A DNA stretch of 32,000 nucleotides from Gemmata obscuriglobus (lineage in GTDB: Bacteria > Planctomycetota > Planctomycetia > Gemmatales > Gemmataceae): NCBI RefSeq assembly GCF_008065095.1, contig NZ_CP042911.1, forward strand, positions 7,500,001 through 7,532,000, in the 5' to 3' direction. The position numbers and the translations under genes are program-made. The notes under the pieces were generated by a model, which saw only the letters and a program-made list of their open reading frames with translations, was not told the DNA's origin and made no database searches. The first letter of the stretch is position 1. The number at the start of each line of letters is the position of its first letter. Below, in pieces: positions 25,315-32,000 of this stretch.

Positions 25315-26415
25315 TCAGAGCGCCGCGAGTGGGTCGCGTTCGGCCCGGCTCGGCCACACCGTAACACCCGGAAAATCGCCCCCCAGCTTCGCGGCCAGAT
25401 CCTCAACCGCCGGGCGCTCTGTGGCGTAGTGCCCGGGGAGAATCAAGCCGACGTTCGCGCCACCGGCCGCGACCGCGTCGTGGAACCGCACTTCGCCGGT
25501 GAGGAACACGTCCGCCTTTCGTCTGATGGCATCGGACAGGAACTCGCCCGCGGCACCGCACGCCAGGGCCACCGTGCGCACAGGGCGCTCCATATCACCC
25601 ACGACCTGAACGGCGTTCGCGCGAAGCATCTCCTTCGCGCGCCGGGCCAGTTCGCCCAGGGTGGTCGGATTCTCCAGTTCGCCGATCCGCCCCTCGCCGC
25701 CACTGGCGGTCGGTTTGAGCGGGTACACGTCGAATGCGGGCTCCTCGTAGCTGTGCGCCTTCCGCATCGCGGCGATCGCCCCCGAGACGAGCGGTTCGGG
25801 GACCACGACCTCCAACCGCCATTCGGGCACCTCTTCGCGCCGGCCCTTTTGGCCGACCGCCGGGTTGGTGGCGTCGGTGCCGAAGAACGTGCCGGTGCCG
25901 GAGAGCCGGAAGCTGCACTCGCGGTACTGCCCGATCACCCCCGCCCCAGCCCCGAACAGCGCGTCGGACACCTTCGCAAGGTCGGCGTCGGGTACGAACA
26001 CGACGAGTTTGCACTGCCGCTTCGCTTCGCGCGGCCGCAGCGGAACCGCGTTCGTCACGCCGAGTTTCTGACACAGCCCGTCGTTGATCCCGCCGGAACA
26101 GTTGTCGAACGCCGTGTGCGGCGAGTAGACTGCGATGTTTGCACGCAGAAGCGGCAAGAGGGCCTCGCCGTCGGGGGTGTTCGCGGTCAGCTTCTTCGCG
26201 CCGCGGAACAGCACGGGGTGGTGCGAGACGATCAGATGTACGCCCTCGCGCACGGCCTCGGCGGCAACGTCGGGCGTGAGAGTCAGGCACGTGAGCACCC
26301 GGCCCACCTCTCCCTTCGGGTCGCCGAGCAGCAGCCCGACGTTGTCCCAATCCGCGGCGGTCGCACAGGGGGCGAACCGCTCCAGGTACGCGGCGAACTC
26401 GGCGACGGTGGGCAT
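25315..26415 (-). CDS. NIF3-family dinuclear-metal-centre protein (GTP cyclohydrolase I type 2 / YbgI-YqfO-like)
   Basis: ATG at 26415 (MPTVAEFAAYLERFAP). Motifs: WDNVGLLLGD, LIVSHHPVLF, C-terminal LPGHYATE, and a PII-like insert as in YqfO. Confidence 0.8.
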   Translation of the reverse strand: MPTVAEFAAYLERFAPCATAADWDNVGLLLGDPKGEVGRVLTCLTLTPDVAAEAVREGVHLIVSHHPVLFRGAKKLTANTPDGEALLPLLRANIAVYSPHTAFDNCSGGINDGLCQKLGVTNAVPLRPREAKRQCKLVVFVPDADLAKVSDALFGAGAGVIGQYRECSFRLSGTGTFFGTDATNPAVGQKGRREEVPEWRLEVVVPEPLVSGAIAAMRKAHSYEEPAFDVYPLKPTASGGEGRIGELENPTTLGELARRAKEMLRANAVQVVGDMERPVRTVALACGAAGEFLSDAIRRKADVFLTGEVRFHDAVAAGGANVGLILPGHYATERPAVEDLAAKLGGDFPGVTVWPSRAERDPLAAL

Positions 26416-26426
26416 AGGTAACCTCG

Positions 26427-26504
26427 TGTTCACCGCAAACAGTGCGATTGAGGGCGCAGAGAGAAGAATAGGGAGTAACGCCGCTCGTGCTCCTCTCCTC
26501 ACCC
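26427..26504. repeat. decayed second copy of the 15.1-kb hairpin element, in a divergent promoter region
   Basis: GTTCACCGCAAACAGTGCGATTGAGGGCGCAGAGAGAAGAATAGGGAGTAACG...CTCGTGCTCCTCT aligns with 15133-15220 (TTTCACCGCAGAGGGCACGAGAGGGCGCAGAGAAAGCCAAGAGATAGGAGTAATG...CTCGTGCCCTCT). The 13-mer GAGGGCGCAGAGA is identical. The right arm is partly deleted. Confidence 0.6.
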
Positions 26505-26597
26505 GTCGCGCCCCGCCGTGAATAAATTTTCAATTTCTCCGACGCGCGGGGCGGTTTCACCCCAGTACCAGTTGTGACGCGTTCAGCGGGAACACCG

Positions 26598-28232
26598 ATG
26601 CCCACCGAAGCCCGACCACTCACCCGGCAGTTGCTCCGGGTCGTTCTCGGCACGCCGGACGTGCCAGACCGCGACCTGCTCGCGCGGTTCGTGAACGCAC
26701 GCGACGAGGACGCGTTCGCGGAACTCGTGCGGCGGCACGGGGCGATGGTGCTCGCGGTGTGCCGCCGCGTCACCGGGCGCGCCCACGACGCCGAGGACGC
26801 GTTCCAGGCGGCCTTCCTCGTTCTGGCGAAGCGCGCAGGACACCTGAGCCGCCCGGAGTTGCTCGCGAACTGGCTGTACGGCGTCGCGTTCCGCACCGCC
26901 CTGGACGCCCGCGCCGCCCGGCGCCGTGCCGAGGACCGTGTCGTGCCCACCGCCGCCGAACCGGCCTGCCCGGAGCCGCCCGACGACAACGCCGAGCTGC
27001 GCCGGGTGATCGACGAGGAGTTGGCCCGGCTCCCGGACAAGTACCGGGCCGCGGTCGTCCTCTGCGACCTCGAAGGGCTGCCGCGGTCGGCCGCGGCGCG
27101 GGCGCTCGGCGTCCCCGAGGGCACGCTGTCGAGCCGGCTGGCCCACGCGCGGAAGCTCCTCGCCGGGCGGCTGACCCGGCGCGGGGTCACGGCGTCGGTC
27201 GCCGCAGCGGGCGCGGTCCTGACCCGCGACGCGGCGGCCACGGTCGTCCCCCACAACCTGACGCACACAACGGTTCAGTTGGCCGCGCGGTTCGCGCTGG
27301 CGCGGGGCACGGTCCCGCCCGGCGCGCCGCCGGAAGTTTCGTCCCTCACCGAAGGAGCCTTGAAGGCCATGCTCGTGACACGCTTGAAGCAGACGTTCGC
27401 CGCCGGGTTGTTCGCCTGCGGGCTGATCGGGGTGGGGGGCGCGCTGGCCCAGCAGCTCGGCGCGCCGGCCGTGAAGACCGCACCGGCCGCGCCCGAGCAG
27501 CCGCTCGTGGCTGAAGACGCCCCGTTCGTTGCCCAACCGACGAAAAAGCTCCCGGAGGCGAAGAAGATCGTGGCGAAGGGCATCGAAGACGACGACGTGC
27601 CCTACGGGACGTTCCCTTCGCAGGCGGTCGTGCGCATTGAGGACGGGAAGCTGGTCAGGCGCAACCGCGTCGGCGGCGCGGAACTGGTGAAACAGGTGGT
27701 CGGCGATCAGACCATTCTGGGCTACCAAATGACATCCTCAGTCCAGGCGACCGCTTACGACCCAGCGGACATTGCGGTGTTCGATATCAAGGGGAACCGG
27801 CTCTCCCCGAAGGCGTGGAAGGAGATGCTGAAGACCGATGTCGTTGCTCTCATCTCCTCGAACGGCTCGCTGCCGAACCCGCGCGAGCTGACGATGTTCA
27901 AGCCGGACACGCTGGTGATCGTGCTGCCGACCGGTTACGCACAACACTCGGCCGGCGGGGCCACGTCTTACTTCCCGACCTACGGCGGTCAGATGCTCCC
28001 CACCCCCCCGACACTGGCGGTCCCCAGCTCCCCCTTCGGGAACACGGTTCCAGCCGCGCCGGCGCCAAACACCCGCCCGGCCACGCCGGCGGCCCCGCGT
28101 GCCACGATGCCTCCCAAGGCACAACCCGCGCTCCCGCCCCCACCGTCCACAGGCAGCGACCCGTTTGCTGCTCCGCCGGTCACCCGAGGACAGGACGTGC
28201 CGCCCCTTGCACCGATCCCGGATTCGCAGTAA
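26598..28232 (+). CDS. ECF-type sigma-70 family sigma factor fused to a TM helix and Pro-rich extracytoplasmic extension
   Basis: Start is ATG 26598 (or GTG 26574). Region 2 reads DAEDAFQAAFLVLAKRA. Region 4 reads LPDKYRAAVVLCDLEGLPRSAAARALGVPEGTLSSRLAHARKLL. The TM segment FAAGLFACGLIGVGGALA lies at about nt 27396-27450 and is followed by about 260 further residues. Confidence 0.85.
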   Translation: MPTEARPLTRQLLRVVLGTPDVPDRDLLARFVNARDEDAFAELVRRHGAMVLAVCRRVTGRAHDAEDAFQAAFLVLAKRAGHLSRPELLANWLYGVAFRTALDARAARRRAEDRVVPTAAEPACPEPPDDNAELRRVIDEELARLPDKYRAAVVLCDLEGLPRSAAARALGVPEGTLSSRLAHARKLLAGRLTRRGVTASVAAAGAVLTRDAAATVVPHNLTHTTVQLAARFALARGTVPPGAPPEVSSLTEGALKAMLVTRLKQTFAAGLFACGLIGVGGALAQQLGAPAVKTAPAAPEQPLVAEDAPFVAQPTKKLPEAKKIVAKGIEDDDVPYGTFPSQAVVRIEDGKLVRRNRVGGAELVKQVVGDQTILGYQMTSSVQATAYDPADIAVFDIKGNRLSPKAWKEMLKTDVVALISSNGSLPNPRELTMFKPDTLVIVLPTGYAQHSAGGATSYFPTYGGQMLPTPPTLAVPSSPFGNTVPAAPAPNTRPATPAAPRATMPPKAQPALPPPPSTGSDPFAAPPVTRGQDVPPLAPIPDSQ

Positions 28233-28248
28233 GGCACCCGCCCTCTTT

Positions 28249-28363
28249 CCAGGGGCTTTCGCCCCTGGCTACGGACCCGGCGCCCCTTCAGGGCTCAAAG
28301 ACAACCTCTGCATTTCAGCCCTGAAGGGGCGCCGGGTCCGTAGCCAGGGGCGAAAGCCCCTGG
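28249..28363. repeat. 47-bp perfect inverted repeat with 21-nt loop; arms contain nested 8-bp hairpins
   Basis: Arms 28249-28295 and 28317-28363 pair at 47/47 positions, checked base by base. The loop is CAAAGACAACCTCTGCATTTC. Sub-hairpins are CCAGGGGC-TTTC-GCCCCTGG and CCAGGGGC-GAAA-GCCCCTGG. Confidence 0.85.
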
Positions 28364-28394
28364 TCCGAAAGCCCTGGCCTCCGACAAACCAAAT

Positions 28395-28448
28395 GGCCGC
28401 GGTCGGCGGGGCGGGAGGTCTGTGCCTCTCGCCCCGCCGACCGCGGCC
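28395..28448. repeat. 19-bp perfect GC-rich inverted repeat (extendable inward with one G-T)
   Basis: GGCCGCGGTCGGCGGGGCG (28395-28413) pairs with CGCCCCGCCGACCGCGGCC (28430-28448). Confidence 0.8.
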
Positions 28449-28480
28449 GTTACGTCACGTCCGAACGCGGTTGGTCCGTG

Positions 28481-28555
28481 TTCTGTAGCCGGCCTCTGTG
28501 AGGCCGGAGCGACATCATTCGTATACCACCGGCCTTACAGAGGCCGGCTACAGAA
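28481..28555. repeat. 27-bp inverted repeat (one G-T) with 21-nt loop, next to the M28 peptidase stop
   Basis: Arms are 28481-28507 and 28529-28555. The loop is AGCGACATCATTCGTATACCA. Confidence 0.8.
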
Positions 28556-28583
28556 TACATGTACTCTTCAACCGGATGTGCGG

Positions 28584-30239
28584 TCACTTCCGCGGCAGCA
28601 GTTCCGGCAGGTTCGCCACCCGCAGCGCCGTCACCGCCATCACCTGCGCCCCCTGGATCAGGTTCGGCTCCTTCGCCTTATCGAAGGTGTCGCTCTGGGT
28701 GTGGTGGGTGAGCCGGTACTCGTCCACGTCCTGGTTGCAGGCGAAGCCGGGGACGCCCGCCTGGTGGAACGGCCAGTGGTCGGTGCCGCCGCCGATCCCG
28801 CCGGTGGTCAGCCCCTTCCAGCCGTCCAGCCCCTTGAGCACGGCCAGTTCCTTGTCCAGCATGTCCTTCATGTAGGTGCGGCCCTGGAGCCCGAACCCGG
28901 TCACCTTCCCGGTGCCGGTGTCGTGGACGATCGCCAGCGAGTGCTTGGGCAGGTCGTCCTTGTACTTCTCCACGTACTTCTTCGAGCCGTACAGCCCCTG
29001 CTCTTCGCCGCTGAACAGGCAGAACCGGATGGTGCGCTTCGGCGGGCTCCCGGCCCGCGCCAGCTTCGCGACGGTGCGGGCCGTTTCCAGCACCACGCAG
29101 CTCCCGGTGCCGTTGTCCGTGGTGCCGCTGCCCAGGTCCCACGAGTCCAGGTGCGCGCCGACCACCACGATCTCGTCCGGCTTCTCGCTCCCGCGCACCT
29201 CGCCGATCGTGTTGTACACGACCACCGGGCCGGGGATGAACTTGTTCTCGATCTCCACCTCCACGCGGGTGGTCGCCTTCTCGCGGGACGCGAGCCGCCA
29301 CAGCAGGTCGTAGTGCTCGTGGGCCATGTACACGCGGGCGATGCCGCCCTCGGCGGCGGCCCGGTCGCCGCGGCCCCAGCCCCCGGTCGTGACGAGCAGC
29401 CCGTGCGGCTTGCCGGAGTCGGACACGAGGCACGCCGCGCCCTCGGCCTTGAGGAACTCGTTCAGCTCGTTCTGGAACTGCTGGAACCCGCCGCCGAACC
29501 CGCCGCCGTCCTTCTTCGGCTGCTCTTTCGGCTGCTCCTTCTTCCCGTCCTTGGCCGGCGGTTGGAGCTTGAACGAGACGCCGGAGTCGCCCGCGTCGTC
29601 CTTTTTGGGGTCGGCCTTCTTGGACTCCTCTTTCGGCGGGGCGTCCTTCTTCGGCTCGTCCTTCTTCGGCTCGTCCTTCTTTTCGGGCCGGGTGCCGAGG
29701 TAGGTGAGGTCCGAGATCGGGGCCACGCGGCTCGGGGGCTGGCGCAGGATCACGGCGTTCTTGAGCTTGCCCTTGTACGCCTCAAGGTCCTTCTTGGTGC
29801 GGACGTTGAGGATCACCACGTCGCCGGTCACCTTGCCCTTGGTGCCGGGCGACCAGCCGGCGGACGCGACCAGCAGGCTGCGCCCGGTGTCGGGCTCGAC
29901 GATCTTCATCTCGGCCTTGCCGCGCTGCCACCCGTAGGGGATCTCCCACGGCTCGAGGCGCACGTTCTCCAGGCCGTACTCCTTCATCTTCTCGGCGGTC
30001 CACTTGTTCGCCTTTTCGAGGCTCGGGGACCCGGTGAGGCGCCCGCCGATCTCGTCGGACAGGTACCGCAGGTTCTTCATGATCTCGGTGCGGGCCTTCA
30101 CCTCTTCGATGACCAGCCGGTCCAGGTCGTCCGAGCTGGCGCGCGCCTTGGGCGCGGTGTCGGCCGGCGTCGCCGGGGTGGGGGGCATTAAAAGGGCGCA
30201 CAGCACGCCGAGCGCGGCGGGCTTCAGAACGCGGGGCAT
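28584..30239 (-). CDS. M28-family aminopeptidase with PA domain and Lys/Asp/Pro-rich low-complexity insert
   Basis: ATG at 30239 (MPRVLKPAALGVLCALL is a signal peptide). Metal-site contexts: VVGAHLDSWD, TDNGTGS, FSGEEQGLYGS, DHWPFHQ. The insert reads KKDEPKKDEPKKDAPPKEESKKADPKKDD. Confidence 0.85.
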   Translation of the reverse strand: MPRVLKPAALGVLCALLMPPTPATPADTAPKARASSDDLDRLVIEEVKARTEIMKNLRYLSDEIGGRLTGSPSLEKANKWTAEKMKEYGLENVRLEPWEIPYGWQRGKAEMKIVEPDTGRSLLVASAGWSPGTKGKVTGDVVILNVRTKKDLEAYKGKLKNAVILRQPPSRVAPISDLTYLGTRPEKKDEPKKDEPKKDAPPKEESKKADPKKDDAGDSGVSFKLQPPAKDGKKEQPKEQPKKDGGGFGGGFQQFQNELNEFLKAEGAACLVSDSGKPHGLLVTTGGWGRGDRAAAEGGIARVYMAHEHYDLLWRLASREKATTRVEVEIENKFIPGPVVVYNTIGEVRGSEKPDEIVVVGAHLDSWDLGSGTTDNGTGSCVVLETARTVAKLARAGSPPKRTIRFCLFSGEEQGLYGSKKYVEKYKDDLPKHSLAIVHDTGTGKVTGFGLQGRTYMKDMLDKELAVLKGLDGWKGLTTGGIGGGTDHWPFHQAGVPGFACNQDVDEYRLTHHTQSDTFDKAKEPNLIQGAQVMAVTALRVANLPELLPRK

Positions 30240-30354
30240 GAGACGGACTCCGAGCGGGACGGTGCGAGAGCGAGCGTGATGAGAGAGTGAACGTATTGTG
30301 TGAGAGCCCGCGCGCGGAAACAATTAGGAAGTGCTTAAAAACTGGGGAGAGCTT

Positions 30355-30591
30355 TCACGGCTCACCCGTGCCTCGTGACGCCCACCTGCTGACACATGGA
30401 CAGCAGCGGGCACGTCGAGCACTTGGGCCGATCGCCGGTGCAGATGTGCTTACAGCCGCCGAGTCGAAAATCAGAAAAGGCAGGGTGGCTACGTCGTTGG
30501 AAAACGTGGCTGCGGGGTAAATATTGCTGCCGACCAGTGCGGTAAGAGTGGCGTCGTTCGAGAGACGGGAGTACAGCGTGTCGTTGAGCAT
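30355..30591 (-). pseudogene. truncated phage DUF3168-like (tail-completion / head-tail joining type) gene remnant
   Basis: From ATG 30591, MLNDTLYSRLSNDATLTALVGSNIYPAATFSNDVATLPFLIFD resembles the N-terminal pattern of DUF3168 proteins (ALVG-RIYP ... LP). Only 78 codons remain. It starts right after a terminator and sits in lower-GC DNA. Confidence 0.35.
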
Positions 30592-30610
30592 GCCCGTATT
30601 TAGTGACGGC

Positions 30611-30643
30611 ACGAACGAAAAGCCCCGGGTGGTTAGTCCGGGG
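30611..30643 (-). terminator. intrinsic-terminator-like hairpin after ORF 30656..30982
   Basis: The minus strand reads CCCCGG-ACTAACCAC-CCGGGG followed by CTTTTCGTTCGT. Confidence 0.55.
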
Positions 30644-30655
30644 CGGATTACCTCG

Positions 30656-30982
30656 CTACGTCGCCGGTCTCTCTCCCCGCTCTTGCAGCAGTCGATACAT
30701 GACGGCTTCGTCCAAGTCATTAACCCAGTACTGAGGTTCTGCTTTCGTCGTTTCCTGACCTAGTGCCCTGAGCGTAGAAGGTAGGTCGAGCCGTGTCAGA
30801 AAGTGCATCAGGCGATCCCTGCGTTCATCCCCGACCGGTTCCCCGTTGACGTACATCATCCATTGCGTTTGCGTGCCGGGGCGAGCTTCGTAGCTCCTCC
30901 CGGCACGCTCTTCCTCCCTCAAGTACTTAGCCGCCCAGCCCAGCACTGCTACCTCTGGGGGGTTGTCCGAAATAGTACACAT
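30656..30982 (-). CDS. hypothetical small protein in the lower-GC patch
   Basis: 108-aa ORF. GAGGTAGAGG precedes the ATG, with AT-rich DNA upstream and a terminator downstream. Codon usage is visibly less GC-biased than in neighbours. No family recognised. Confidence 0.5.
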   Translation of the reverse strand: MCTISDNPPEVAVLGWAAKYLREEERAGRSYEARPGTQTQWMMYVNGEPVGDERRDRLMHFLTRLDLPSTLRALGQETTKAEPQYWVNDLDEAVMYRLLQERGERPAT

Positions 30983-31135
30983 GCCTCTACCTCAGTTAGC
31001 TCATCTCGTCAACATGGTCATCGGCAAATCGTCTTGAGTGGCTTCGAAAAAGTGCTCCCGCTTCTCTATCGTTTTCCTGACGCAAGCCTTTTAATCGTCA
31101 CAATCTTTAAATTTTAACATTATTCAGGGTGGTTA

Positions 31136-31355
31136 GTTCGGTGCAGCTTGAGGGTGTGTCGTAACTGTTGCCCCCTGCGTGCGGATGCTCACGATGCACG
31201 CAATCAGGATCTCGAAAACGGAATCGTGCCCCGCCGCGGCAAGCTCGAAAAGAGCCGCCTTCGGGTACGGTGCGACGGCCTCCCGGAGAAGTGGCACCGC
31301 TTCCTCAATGTCGAAGGGCTTCTTGTTCGCTTCGGCACGCTTCGGGGGCGGCCAT
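31136..31355 (-). pseudogene. 5' fragment of an endonuclease III-like (HhH-GPD) gene, frameshifted at a C5 run and truncated
   Basis: My translation gives KKPFDIEEAVPLLREAVAPYPKAALFELAAAGHDSVFEILIACIVSIRTQ, then unrelated residues and a stop at 31133-31135. The only ATG (31355) is one nucleotide out of frame across the homopolymer at 31345-31349. Family assignment is from memory of Nth-like N-termini. Confidence 0.45.
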
Positions 31356-31360
31356 CGGAG

Positions 31361-31972
31361 CTACTCCTTCCCCAGCAGCAGATCGACCACCCAGCACCCA
31401 CGCACATGCTGTGCCTCGCTGCGGCAGTGGGTCAGGATGTCGGCGTTGTCGCACCCCGCGTCTTGGAGGGCGTCGGCCAAGATGGGCATGCGGTCGAAGG
31501 CGCGGTCGGCGTAGATGCCGGTGACGAGGGCAGTGATATTGGAGGTGAGCCAAGCCGGATCGGCGGCCACGGGGCGGAAGGGATTGCCGAAGATGTCCCG
31601 CACGACGGCCGCGAGGACGGCGTGCTCGGCTGCTATTTGGACTTCCCTCACGCTGTCGTCGGTGTAGCAGCAGCAGACGGCGCTATCGACGCCGTACCTA
31701 GCGTGGTAGTACGGGTCGGTATGGTGGAACGCCCCGTGAACGAACTGGCGGACCCCCTCCCATTCCTCGAACGTGGCCTCCCCGTCAACGTACCGCTCGG
31801 TCGTGGCAGCGTACTGAGAGCCGATCCCCTCGCTCATGTCCGGACGAAACCGTAGATACTCCCGCTCGCAGAAGACGGCGAATAGCCTTAACTTCCGGTC
31901 GCTTGTCTTATCCCGCAGGTACTCCAGCATGGGCTTCGGGTTCGTACAGTTCAGCCATTCTTGCTCGGTCAC
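31361..31972 (-). CDS. hypothetical protein of a planctomycete/myxobacterial expanded family (C-terminal ...RAFDRMPILADALQDAGCDN...HVRGCWVVDLLLGKE module)
   Basis: GTG start at 31972, with GGAG 8 nt upstream and an in-frame stop at 31997-31999. N-terminus is EWLNCTNPKPMLEYLRDKTSDRKLRLFAV. I recognise the C-terminal module as recurrent in Gemmata-like genomes, but it has no named function. Confidence 0.65.
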   Translation of the reverse strand: MTEQEWLNCTNPKPMLEYLRDKTSDRKLRLFAVFCEREYLRFRPDMSEGIGSQYAATTERYVDGEATFEEWEGVRQFVHGAFHHTDPYYHARYGVDSAVCCCYTDDSVREVQIAAEHAVLAAVVRDIFGNPFRPVAADPAWLTSNITALVTGIYADRAFDRMPILADALQDAGCDNADILTHCRSEAQHVRGCWVVDLLLGKE

Positions 31973-32000
31973 GGCGTTGGCTCCGGTCGGTCCTTGTCAG

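Noticed and set aside
26503-26556. Short GC stem (CGCCCCGC / GCGGGGCG) enclosing the AT-rich stretch AATAAATTTTCAATTTC upstream of the ECF sigma gene
   Set aside because: It has only an 8-bp stem. The AT-rich core is more simply the shared promoter region of the divergent NIF3 and sigma genes. It is mentioned only as weak promoter evidence.

Overview
Very GC-rich chromosomal segment (about two-thirds G+C by eye) that looks planctomycetal, probably Gemmataceae. This is an inference from a TIGR02996-type protein (LVYADWLQEHG motif), a Tat-signal DUF1501 protein, a membrane-tethered ECF sigma factor, and many Arg/Pro/Gly-rich shadow ORFs opposite the real genes. I support about 25 genes. Left to right: a partial FHA-GAF sigma-54 activator (my own translation; it is not in the ORF track), leuD-like, two abutting IS elements with resolvable inverted repeats and target duplications, and a lipoprotein / hypothetical / thioredoxin-fold gene string. 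Then a Ser/Thr kinase fused to a degenerate receiver, a GT39 (ArnT/PMT-like) glycosyltransferase, a GlsB/YeaQ/YmgE membrane protein behind a textbook sigma-54 promoter, a stand-alone degenerate GyrB N-terminal paralogue, and DUF1501. Then a D-Ala-D-Ala carboxypeptidase, an S9 peptidase, an NtrC-type response regulator, a TIGR02996 protein, a GNAT, an Upf1/IGHMBP2-like SF1 helicase, a small exported protein, NIF3, an ECF sigma factor with a fused transmembrane and extracytoplasmic extension, and an M28 peptidase. The window ends with a lower-GC patch of gene remnants (DUF3168-like phage fragment, endonuclease III-like fragment) and a Gemmata-type expanded-family protein. I found no tRNA, rRNA, CRISPR array, or recognisable defence, secretion or biosynthetic operon. 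The unusual content is structural DNA. (i) A GC-rich palindromic unit (core CCCTCCC-TGAA-GGGAGGG) occurs in non-coding DNA and, in frame, inside two unrelated genes (helicase and GT39), resembling Rickettsia RPE elements. (ii) Gene ends carry very long perfect hairpins (stems of 23-47 bp). Three have loops of exactly 21 nt, and one has a decayed second copy elsewhere in the window. All product calls rest on my reading of motifs, not on database searches.
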